Part shown: positions 41,257 to 53,364 of the stretch, one piece after another | How the letters are laid out: every line of letters begins with the position of its first letter | Numbering within the stretch: position 1 is the first letter of the stretch | DNA from: Paraspadella gotoi | Lineage: Eukaryota; Animalia; Chaetognatha | Direction: 5' to 3' | Length of the DNA: 64,000 nt | Assembly (NCBI GenBank): GCA_051294375.1 | Contig: CM119267.1 | Coordinates: forward strand, 4,695,885-4,759,884 | Program-made: the position numbers and the translations under genes | Notes under the pieces: model-generated | Databases searched by the model: none | Told to the model about the DNA's origin: nothing | The model's input: the letters and a program-made list of their open reading frames with translations, nothing else

Positions 41257-42322
41257 AGCGCAGAAACTAAACCGTAGATCAGCTTGTTTTCGATTTTGAA
41301 ATGATTTGTATCCCAGTTGAACTAATCTTACTTAAACGGCTGGCATAAATTGTTCAGCATGCTTAAATGTAGAAAACATCGGTTGTTATTTTCTAACATT
41401 TATTAGATGGTATAGTAAAAATTATATGTTTTATTTTAGGTTTATTTGTATTGTTTCTATATTATATCCAAGTAATCTAATCTAAGACAAACACAAAATC
41501 ACTAGATACTTGTTTGACGATTTATAGTATTAGACTAAAATTTTAGAAAAGTGTGAAATTAGTTTCAATAACGACTTTATTTAACAGAGAAAAAACTTAA
41601 ATGTTTTGGCTTGTAATGCAAGCCTTCATCAGCGTTAATTTTTTAAAAAATCATATGAAGTTTAATATAAATTCTATTATTAGTTTTATGAGGCCGAATT
41701 GAAAGGCGTGGAGGGGTGAAATTGGTATGGGATTAAGGTTATGTATGATTTGTTACTGTTATCGGTTAAGACTATACTGATACATAAGTATAATTATTAT
41801 TATAATTATTTTATACTCTATATTGTTAAAGTTAATATATTTAAATTTTATTCCTCGGAACTACTTTATTATGGATATTTGTGTAGCGGATATCAGTTTA
41901 TTTGCAAAACTGATAAAAGCAAAAGCCAGGATTAATAACATGGATCTACGCTTTTCAACCAATATATTTTGGTAAGAAATAACTGTCATAAACAACTTGT
42001 GCGGTATAAACAATTTATCATTCTATGGACACTTGGAGATTTCTTTTATAGCTACTTCCTCGCCCTGAGGAATTTTGTTAAAATGATTTGTTTTGGTTTA
42101 ATATAAGATATTTTCTGATTTTCTGCGAATTTGTTTCTTTATTATATATAAAATGTTTTGTTTCATTGCCCCCTGTCCTTGAATCAAACTCGACTAAATC
42201 TAAATGATCATTTATTGTGTTTTTCTTTTCCACGTCTCAGAAAGAGTCTGACGTCCTAATTTTAGCTATTAAGTCATTTCTCATGATTGGTCGCGAGACC
42301 GGTCAGTCAGTCTAGCTTGGAC

Positions 42323-45300
42323 ATGAGTTTACATCTTTACCGTCTGTCAGTCAACCCGCTGCTGCCGGAATGCTTTCCCATTCCTAAAGTCTGCGTTCTG
42401 GGTCGAAGGGACGAGTTGAATCCCTTCTTCAACGATAAAGTTCTCTCGCTTGAGTTGAGAGCCCCTTCCGCCCAAAGCGTCGATTATATTTCCCGACGCC
42501 ACGCGCGAATCATTGTCAAGGATGACGGAACGATCAAGATATTCGACGATTCGTTGACGGGGGTTTTCGTCAATGATATTCGGATCAATCGAATCGCGTT
42601 TTTGGAAGAAGGTAGTCCTTGTTTAATGTTTTTATTTTGTTTTAGTCCTGATCTTCTGTGTTTGTTATAATTAAAAAACGTTTTTTCTGAAATCCAAGAA
42701 ATCGGATTAGTAGAAACTAGAAATAAAGAATGTAATGGTATCTATGGTAAAGATAGTTATTTTATTTTTAGATACAAATTTAAAAAGATAGAGATAGTTA
42801 GAGATAGCTTAGCATGAAAAAGAATAAATTTAACAAGATATAGAAAACGATAAAATTAACAAAGGAAAGGATAGGAAGCATTCAAAAGCTTGCCCCAAAA
42901 TCTTTTTTTTTTTCCTAGGTGATGTTGTTACTATGGGTCATCCGAATGGCGCGAAAATTATAGAAGGCACTTATGTTCGTCAGTCTAATTCGGACTTTCA
43001 GTTCTTGTTTGAGAAGTGCTCCTGCTCTCCCGATCTCAGCTACCCTGCTGTTTCCCGGAAAAATCTAGTTTCCGCTAGCACACGTTTGTTTGAAGTCGGT
43101 GAAGTCTCGTTTTGCAGAAGTCCTTCATTGCATTTTCAAAGTGATTCTGATAAATTAATTGGAGATGCTTCAACGGAAAAATCGATAATTGGTAAAGCCT
43201 TTGCTTCATCTAAAGCATCCGATAGTGAGGATGAAAAAACTTTGAATGATGACTTGGACAATGATTCTACATTTGAATCACCAATCGTAATTTCGTCGAA
43301 AACTAATTTGCTCAAAGTCAGATCACATGCGAAACAACATACTGATTGCTTACTAGATAATGACGTTTTCGCTGTGGAATCGGAGGAAGATTCTGAGTAC
43401 ATTTCCGAAAATGAAATTTCCTCAAAAACTGGCGTTTTTTCTGAATCACATTCCGAACTCGAAGACAAGAGCGAACTCATTTCTGCCAGTGAGGCGATAT
43501 CTAATCAACAACCTTACGATTCAAACTTGGTAATGTTTCATAACTATGCGTCGCTAGAGAGTAACTCCGGTTGTAGTGACATGGTGGAGAGTTATCAGTC
43601 TTATTCTCCATCCCTAGTTTTAGAAAACTTTGACCATGTCCCCCATCCGCTTTTTCTAAAAATGCAACCATACACAGATGTTTGCATACAAATGACTTAC
43701 GAAAACGTGTTGAATTTTCTTTTGTTGATGGAAGGAGTGGAAACGTTACTTAATCTCGTTTCGGAACACGATAAAGGTGAAGTTAATTCTGACGTTTCTT
43801 TGGATTTTTCGCCTAATTTCAGTGAGTCGGTCTGTGAGATGGAGTTTGACTTTTCAGGCAGTTGTCAATCATTGTGTTTGCAAAAACTATGGAGATTTCC
43901 ATTTACCGCGACTTTATCGGAATGGTTAAGAAAGTTGTTGTCTCTTTCAAAAACAAGTAATACAGAAAGCGAATTCGACGGTGTAATGTATATTGGTAGA
44001 AACGACTGCCTTTTAGATAATGTCGGCTTTTGTTGCAGCCCCTTTAGCCGTGAGTCTCTCAGATATGAGCTTTTGAACTTGCCATTATATTTGCCATTAT
44101 TGAACGGTAAATGTCATCTCTCAACGAAGATTTTCAACTCGAGAAGTGATTTTCAGTTTGAGGGCATACTTTTCGTGAATCAAATAATTTTGTTAGTTAA
44201 AGAAAGGACGTCCATTCCTTTACCTTATGCAGAAATTAAGACGAGGCAAGTGGACGATTCGTGTGTTTCTTATTTGTCAACAAAGGAATTAGCAAGCGAA
44301 GGATGTTTGCATTTTAAGCACGACTTCAAGGCGTTTTTGACACATTGGTCTGATGCGATTATCCCCTTGCCAAATGCGACGAGTCCGCCAAAATCTGTAT
44401 TGAAAAGAAAACTGACATCGAATGCAAATGCCACTGAGATTTCAGAACCCGAGCATAAAATAGTAGTTTTGCCAAAAGAATTAAAAGCGCCCACAGGTTA
44501 TGTTCATTTGTCTACAAAAGAACTTGTTAGTGAAGGTTGTTTGTCATTGGGTCATTTTAGCAACTCAGTAGACATAGGGGACTTGTGTAAGGTTACCATA
44601 CCATTACCATATGATTACATTGTTCCAGAAAAAAATGTTGAATATAATCAGTCTCTCGATAATAAATATATTCCGTTAAGGAAAGATTATCAATTTGAAG
44701 CAATTCTTCCGTGTGTCAGAACTGTTCATTTCCTCATAAATTTTCCAACGTCGCGGTATCTTCCTTTTGTCGAATTTTCTAAAAACAAAATAGCACTTGA
44801 TAATTTTCGCTGTGATGCTATGTTTGAAGGAAATGGTGGACTTGACGTTAAAATAAAAAAGGTGACTGATGAGGACTTAGTGGAAAATACAGTTATACCC
44901 CTGAACTTCAAAGAATCTACTCGTAAGCGAAAAAATTATCAAATAGCAGTTATCTCGACGAAAAGGTGTAAATTACATAGAACGAATAATTATGATAATT
45001 ATGTTTTTGTAGAGGATCTAAAATTTGAAGGAGTTTTATCAAAATTTGATTTACAAAATAATACGGTGGCCCAATCGATATCACTCGCGGTAATCGCACT
45101 TCCATTTAATCCTGTGCAGGATGCAATTGATACATCATCCGTTTTAAAAGAAGATTTAAGATTTGAGGGGGAATTTCTTACTCCTAATAAAGATTCTCTT
45201 ACAAAAGATATATCAAACAGAGTGCCCACAATTTTGGCATTACCGCAATCGCGTTTTTCAAATTTAAAAAGAAAGGCAAGAGAGGAGATTTTTTTTGAAA

Positions 45301-48300
45301 AATCACTCAAAAGGACTTCAATAATCTCTGACAAGGCGACATCACAGCACAGTAAATCTAATGAAACCCATTTTGTCTGTGTGAATAATAAAAATGTTTT
45401 TTCAGATAAAGAATTAAGCCAGTATGCAAGCAATAAAGAAAACTCACATTTTACCAATGACGCAATTTCTTTAAAGTTTCAAGAATTTAAAAACCAGAAG
45501 GTAAAGGAAATCATGCAAAATGTAAATGAACATATTGACAAGCAAGTACCCTCTGGATTACAAGACTGTCTTCTTCGACGAGAATTGATAGAAAGTGCTC
45601 ACGTTTCTTTAGATGAATTAAAAAAAGCGGTGATACAATTTAGCGAGGGAAAGCATTGGGTGAGGGAAATTGAATCAATAAGAAATAAATTGTCTCTAGT
45701 AAATCCAACTATAGCTGTAGTTGGAGACACTGGCAGTGGAAAGTCTTCTCTCCTAAATGCGGTATTAGGTCATCCTAGTCTTCTTCCTACCAGTGGTCTA
45801 AGGGCATGCACTGCTGTTGTAGTTGAAATCGCAGCCAATACTAGTAATCTCTGTTATCGAGGGGAAGTTGAGTTTTTAACTAAAAAAGAATGGAATGAGG
45901 AAAAAGAACTAATTTTAAAATCAGTATGCTACTCTGATAAAGAAGGCAAAGAAAGGTTCAGGCATCCTGAGACGGGGACGGATGCTGCAATTGGCTGGGC
46001 TAAAATTCTTGCTGTCCATGGACGAGTATCGCGAGACTTTGGGGAAAATCACATCACGAACGCTTTAGGGAAAATGGTGGTGATCGAAGAAGAAAATCCG
46101 GAAATTTTTCGTAGTAAAGTGGAAAAATACATAGATTCTACGAGCGACGACGATGATGATAAATCGCCTAAGTATTGGCCAGTTGTTAAGTTAGTGAAGC
46201 TAAAAATCCCTAATCCGAATCGATCTTTAGAACTCGGCACTAAATTTGTTGACCTGCCCGGAGTTCAAGACGCTAATGAGGCAAGAAATCAGATCGCTAA
46301 AAAGTATTTGCAGCAATGTGATGCAGTATGGATAGTTGCTGATATTGTGAGGGCTATTGATAATAGAACTGCTAAAGAGTTGATGGGCGACACTTTTAGA
46401 AGGCAGCTGTTTCTTGATGGACGATTTTCGAACCTTACGTTCGTTTGTACTAAATCGGATATTGTGAACTGTGAAGAGATTGTTCGATCCCTTAAACTCA
46501 CCAAAGAAACGAGTTTCTTTCAGACTATCGTTAATAATAGAAAGGAAGAAGTTAATACGTTAGAAGAAGAATGCTCTCAATTCACGATGGAGATAGACAT
46601 TCGAAAGTCATTCTTATCCGAAAATTATGATCTTACCGAAGATTTTAAGAAAATGATGGAATGTGACATCGAATCATTTGAAACTCAGTTGAGGGATAAA
46701 AGTCTTTTAAAACTTCGCGCGGAGGAAGATTTGATGAAGAACGAGAAGTTGATGAGAAAGGTTTGCGCGTCGGCGCGCGCTCTCCGTTCGAAAGAGCAAA
46801 TAAAAAGAGACTTTGTCGCAGGGATCAAAGACATGCGTCGAAAAGCCAATGGCCAAGACGAAGATTTCGAGGACGATGCGTCGTCCGAGGACGGCCAATT
46901 CGACGAGCACGCCCAAGGGTTCAAAGTCTTTTGCGTCTCCAGCTCAGATTATCTCAAGCTAAAAGGGTTCAACCCAGGTCTGACTCACGTGTTCGAAGAC
47001 GCGCGCGACACAGAAATCGAGGATCTCATAGAATGCAGTCGACAGTTGGTGGAACAAAGATCCGTTGAAGTTGTCGTTAAAAATCTACTAAGCATGATGC
47101 ACCTTTCCTTGAACTTTGGATCCTTTCTCCAGACAAAAACTTTGCAGGACGAAGCCGTTCGCAAGACGGCCTCCGAAATCTTTCAACGTCACGTGAGTCG
47201 TTTGGATTTGAAGCCGATCGTTGGTCGATTGGGCGACGGGTTCGAAGAAGCTATCAGGGATAATCTCCGACCCAATCTTGAAGTCGGGATCGACACCGCC
47301 GAACGCGTCTGTAGACAAAAGGCCAAGAGTTGGACAGAGGGCAAGCCGAGCCGCGGAGCCGATAAAGCGGGGCCGATAACGGGCCTTAAGTGGAACCAGG
47401 TGAGTTCTCATCGTAGTCGTCTTCTCAACGTAAATTGATTTCGCTTTTCTCAGTATCAGGGGACGACGCAGCGCGACGGTCATTACGACTCGCCCTCCTA
47501 CGGGACGATCGACTTTAACGAGGACCTGTCTGATCCTGTCTACGCCTCCATTACTTTTTCCTGGGACTCGGTTTTCGCCGCCAACGGGGCCCTCTCTTGT
47601 CTTCTGAACCACTTTTCTGAAGAGCTCGTTGCCCTCGTGCATGATATCGTCGAGTCGGCCCGTGAAGAGTTGGAACAAGCCGGAGTGCCTTCGACTGAAC
47701 TCGCCCGCGCCGCCGCTCGCGCCTCTGCTAGCGTCTCCGGTCGAGCGCGCGAGCTTCGTGACGCCACGATGGCCGCCGTAGGCGAGGAACAGCGTCGAAT
47801 CAACCGCTGCATGACGCCGGCCATTCGCCGTCTCATGCTTCCAGCCTATCGCGAATGCGACCGGCAAAAGGGAACCGGGATGTATCAACGCATGAAGCTG
47901 GCAATGGACCGTCACCTTGACCTAGAGCGGAAGGTCATCTTTTCCGAATCGGCCGACGTCCTCGTGGCGGAGTTGAGCAGGCTTCAGGCTTCGATCGCTG
48001 AGCGTGCCGGCGAGGAGACCGAGAGAGTCAGAGAAGACATCGTCGAACAGTTCGCGCCCATCTGGAGGGGAAAGCGGGGCGCAGCCGACGCCGATTCGAC
48101 GTCTCGTCGTCGCGCGGCGATCGACACCGTCGACGTCGTTATCGGAGACATCGAGAAGCTGTTTCGGAAGGCGAATCTGTCGACGAAAGAGTTCGAGGAT
48201 TACTTTAATCAGTCGCTTTTGGATCGGGAGCGGGAGAAGTTGGAAGCGGAAAAGGAGAGCGAGAGGTTGGAAGCGGAGAGCCAAAGAGAAACGGAGAGAG

Positions 48301-48383
48301 AGAAAGTGGAGATGGATGAAGGGGAGGAAGATCTAACGATCACCCAAGACATGTTTTTAGATTTTTCAGATTCCGAGTTTTAA
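42323..48383 (+). CDS. FHA-domain, dynamin-superfamily GTPase of the SLIP-GC/NUGGC family (about 1900 aa), exons 42323-42611, 42919-47399, 47454-48383
   Basis: N-terminal FHA (LGRR, ISRRHARI, SLTGVFVN, LEEGDVVTMG) spans intron 1. G1 VVGDTGSGKSSLLNAVLG, G2 LPTSGLRACTAVVVEI, G3 VDLPGVQD..EARN, IWIVADIVRA, G4 FVCTKSD; coiled-coil and C-terminal helical region with IDFNEDL and KGTGMYQRMK typical of this family. Confidence 0.85.
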
Positions 48384-49650
48384 AAATGTTTAGAGTCAAC
48401 TGATGATACTTTTTATTTCGATATTTTGTACTTTATGTGATTTGTGATTTATAAAGTGATGACAAAAACTGTTTTTTTCTGTTCTTTATTTCAACTAATC
48501 AAGTTATCGTCGCCGTTCATGTTTTACTTTGTAAAATTCAACCTATTGATTTGATATAGGTATTTTCGTTGTTCGACAAATATACTATATAGAGTTTAAC
48601 AGTTGTTACCTTTTTTTTTTCGCGTAAAATTTTAACTCAGTATTCTTATTATTTTGTCGGTTAATTTTGATGAACCAATAAAAGTCCATTATAAAAATAT
48701 ACAAGGTTCAGGTTCACCTTTTGTTTTTTCTTACCCAATTTTTTCGCACATCTAGATTACTCACATGTCTTGAGTTCGATGGCAAAGTAAGAATCTCAAA
48801 TTTGAACTTTCAGTATACATTTGAATTAATTAATTAATTGACCTGAGAAGCAAAAAGAAAATTACCAACCATTGACGTAAACAAAACACCGTGTTCGGTC
48901 TTGCAAACTTCCTTTCAGCCTCAAAAATATTTTTCATCAAAGGCGCTGAAATTTCCCTTCGCTGGAAGCGGCGTGATTTATTGCGACCATAAACCTTTCA
49001 ATTCTTTCTTCGATCCGTCGTAAGATCTTCTTTTATACCAAAATGGCGCAGATAAACTGTATTAACATCTTATCACTTTAATCGCGCTTAATGACAGCGT
49101 AGAAGAATATTTTTTATACTTTCACATTTGCTAACTCAGGAATCGTGCAAAAAGGCTACTTAGCTAATACTTGTATTCTTATACCTATTACCTAATATAT
49201 ACTACATACTAGGTAAGATGAGGCTCCGAGAAATTCACCTTAGAGGATGTGAAGATTCCCCTTACTTTCTATCTAATGAAAATAACATTTTAATTTTGTT
49301 AGTTGACAGAATCTCTGGATTTCTTGATTTTGTAACAGATGAAATGAGTTCAATATAATATAAATCGTAAATACCAATGAAGCGAAGGTTAAAGCTTTTG
49401 ATGTTCCAGCACCCCATATTGCTTGAAATTGTTTCTCTATTGTGAATTATTAAAAAAATATAAACGAACCATTGCTTTTATTTTTTATTGAATTTAATAC
49501 TATGTATATATTAGTTAGCTCTCCTAGACGTTTTTAACAACAGTTGTTTAAATATACAACGGGATTTGCTATGTATTCTCTTTTAAAATTATCACATTAT
49601 CGTCGAGGCAAGAGTTGGGGAAACGAACTGGTTTAGAGGCTGGAGGAACA

Positions 49651-51140
49651 CTAACAGGAATTGGACAACTCCGAGGACGGCGCCTCGGTTCCCGACGTCA
49701 TGTCTACGGTGTTTCCGATCTCCGGGTCCGAAGATTTCATTCCCAACGCAACTTGCTTCAAAAATGCCTCGTTTGTATGTTGATCCACCGTTGAAAAGTA
49801 TTTACGTTTTATCCTGTAAACCAGCGCCACCAGAACTGAGAACACCATGCCTGCTACGGTGCATATCGTTGAAGTGGAGAGATCCTTGGCACTGATGCCA
49901 GTTTCGCCAGCGTTAAAGGCGCTCAAATGACACTTTTCTTCGTTGTTCCCCAAGTAGGGAATGTGCCAGTGTGAGAGCACGAGGTCAAGCTCGCCGTTCC
50001 TGATGATGATGCTGAGATAGAGATCGAACGCCTCGCGCAATAGGGTCGCCTTGTCCGTATCGTCGACGCCCTTCCGAAAGACGAAGGCAGGGTCAACCTT
50101 GATGGTGTAGTCGGTTGCCATGTAGATGTCGCACTGAAAGGCGAAGGCGTCTTCCATGGCGACGGGCACGTCGATTCCCTCCGACAGCAGCGCCGCATCC
50201 CCGTCCTTGGTGAATCTCATTATGTCCTCCTTGGAGAGATACTGGTCGGTGGGTCGGTACCTGACCTCGTGCTCCGGACCGAACGACTCGTACTTGCGCA
50301 CAATGTCTCTAGCGATCTTGCTCTTGTGCAGCAGCAAATTCTTTTTCAGTCCCGTGTCCCCGCCGTCGAAGAAGAATTTGAGACCGGGTTCTTGGAGGAG
50401 ATCCTGAAAGGTCTCAATGCGTCGAGGCATCTTGCCCACCGTCAGATTGGACGTCAGTTGCGCCGAGAAGAGAGTGAAGATGACCCAAAAGTAAAAGATC
50501 CAGAAGAGACCCATGAGACGGAGCGCGGCGTTGTGGAGGGCGCGGTTGACGTCGTCGAAGCCTAACAACGCGTAGCTCATGAACCATAGAATTCGCGGGG
50601 TGTACTCGCTGAGCTCCAGTTCGTTCAGGTGGTACTGGTGTGTCTCGCGCTCGTCGCGCTCAAAGTATTGAGAGGTAGCTGGCTGGAGTCTTTCGATTAT
50701 CAGCACGGCCACCACGCCGACGGGAAACATGCCTTTAGTTTTGGGCAGGTGGGGGGTTTTTGGAAAGGGATTTCGTATCAATGCAAAGTTTAAGGGAAAA
50801 AAAATTCTCGTGCATATTTTAGATTTTTTAGTTAAAATGACAAAATGAAAACAAATTTGCTATTCAACGTGACAGGTTTGTATATAAAAGGAATAAATTA
50901 ATATTCTCGGAAGAAGCCAATAACAATAGAGGTTGTGTCTGGATCTTTGATAAATTAAGAACAATGAAGTATTATATTTTGGAATCGTGTTTAGGAATGA
51001 AAATGAAAGAGAGAGAACGAGAAGTGATAGATACTCGTCGGGAACTTATTACTTGATAATTTGTGGTTAAGCAATCCGCGACTATCGGCTACGTACTGAC
51101 TTTTCTAATGGGTCCCTTGAAAAGCGGATTTTCCCGTTAG

Positions 51141-51172
<32 letters not shown>

Positions 51173-51960
51173 TAATTTCGAAAGCTTAAATTACACTCCT
51201 TTAAATTTAAAAAAACCTGTTTTTTTTTTTCTAAGGCAATTTCAAAAATGGGTAAAAAAAATACTTGCAAAGAACGGATTTTTCTTCTCTTACCTATTAT
51301 CAAGAGCCATCCGTCCAAAGTGAAAGAATTGAGAATGAAGTCTCTGAGAGAATTTTCAACCTTGGGTCGGTTCTTCATCACGATCCCGATGCCGGACGAG
51401 AGAAAGGCTCGACTAAAGTCCACCACCGCCACCAGATGAGGTTGAATGTAGTAATAGGTCAACGCTGCAACAACGAAATAACACGGAGGAAAAACTTTAA
51501 AACACTTTTTATAAATCATAATTGTTGAAGGTGAAAAGGAAAATGAAAAGTTAAAATATGAGTTTTGAAAAGACACCACGTACTGACCCATATCCGCCTC
51601 ATTGTTGACCATCTTCCCCACCATCCCGTTCCATTTTCCCGCGGCGACGTCGTAATTTCCCCAGAGTCCATCGTCGTTGACGTAAAGGTTATAATTAATG
51701 GGGCACAACTTCAAAAAGTTCCTAAAAATTTCAACGCAAAATCCCTTCAGTTCGTCTACGGCGGCGGAGCCCTTCGGTTCCGAGCGCGTGTCCTTGACGC
51801 TCCATCCGTAGACGTCGTAGACGACTTCGAACGTCTCGTTCTTAAGTCGCTCGCAGAGGTTGCTCAAAGACTTGATGTTGCTCTGGTCCGTGGTCACGGC
51901 CGGGACGCCGGCCAATTCCGTCGCTATGATGAGAACGATGATGATGAGTGATCGCGTCAT
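49651..51960 (-). CDS. Divergent ionotropic glutamate receptor-like protein (variant IR type, about 541 aa), exons 51960-51588, 51464-51294, 50732-49651
   Basis: Signal peptide; S1 (GFCVEIF, DGLWGNYD...WNGMVGKMVNNEADM, VVDFSRAF..GIGIVMK); M1; pore/M3 (LWF...RLMGLFWIFYFWVIFTLFSAQLTSNLTV); S2 (IETFQDLL, AFVFRKG, NGELDLVLSHW); M4. Confidence 0.88.
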
Positions 51961-53364
51961 GTGGCGTCCGGCGACATTCGCGCACGCGCGAACGCGACAG
52001 TTTGGACCCGGATTGAGATCTTCGTTCTCGATCGGTGCGATTTAATTTTTTTCTCTACTTTTTTTTACGGCTCTTTTTCAACGATCGCGGATCCATCGCG
52101 GATAGAGAGAGAGAGCGAATGGGAGAGAGACAGTTTGTTTCAAATTCTACGTTTTAAAAACTGAGTAAGAAGAATAAAACAGGTTTTTCTCGTCGTTGGC
52201 ATCTTGAGAATCGGCGCGATCGATTAAGTGTTCAACCGCGGCCGATTTCTTATTTGGACTCGATAATCAGAAAGGTTGTGAAAAATTATGGATTCGGCTG
52301 GAAATTCAGTGGAAAAGTTTTAATCAATTTAAAAAGTTTACTTTGCAGTTCTTTTTCATATTAAAAACAACAGCTTTTCTGCTCCGATTATTTTAGGTGG
52401 TTTTTTTTTTTCAAACTTCTGGAAAAGCGATAAAAATGGATAAATTAATGGCTCGAGTTAGCGTAGTGTTTTTGTATTGTCGACCGACTAGTTTGTATAA
52501 AATGCGTTGCCATTAAATCTTATAAATATCGAAAGTGCTGACTGAGAAGATCATAATGTTAAAAAAAAGTTTTAAAACTTTGGAAATCTGCTTCTTACTG
52601 GTCTTTTTAATAAATTTAGATTATGCGTTTCAATATTTACGATATTCTTTCCGCTCTTAACAATAGTTTTAAAAGCCAACTCAGTTTTTATCCTAATAAT
52701 TTATAGCAGCTGTGTTACATATGTTAAAATAAAACTGGAGACCAAGTCGTCGCCGAGGAGCTTTCATCGTCACGAAAGAAGGAAAAGAATTTCTTTTGAA
52801 CTTTCGTTGTCGAGCAAGACGTGATGCAAGGTCGTTAAAGTTTTTCTTTGGATGCTCGATATTCGATGTTGATCTACTTTTTATTTAAGGTCACAAAAGT
52901 TAATTTTGAATTTATCATTCTATTTTTTAAAACTTTTTTTCTGACACAATTTTCGCTTGAAAAGGAAATACATACGTTCTCTGTTTAAAAAAAAGAAGAT
53001 AATTGGGATTAGAGGTGGACAGAAAAGCAGGCGAGTTTACTTTGGCAAAAATTGTTTGTCGCCGAAGAACGCTTATTTGGGTAAATAGTTCGCGCTTAAG
53101 TTTTTATTAGTACCTACCATTCGTGCGTTGTTGCAGTCAAGATTTATTTTATTGGCGAACCCTGATGTGAGATTTATTATTAGCCTTTCGGGAAAGTCGT
53201 AGAATCTTTTACGGCTTTTTTGTTTGTTTTTTTTACCGATATTGAATCACGATTTTGCAATGTCATTGGTCCATTTATCAGGCTAATTATTTAACTAATT
53301 AAAAAAATGACCTCGTAAAAAAAAATCAAAGAACGCGTATTGAATCATTAAATCGGAAGAAAAA

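Noticed and set aside
52290-52305. 16-mer ggattcggctggaaat repeated at about 59932
   Set aside because: The second copy is a minus-strand splice acceptor/exon junction and the flanks are unrelated; probably chance.
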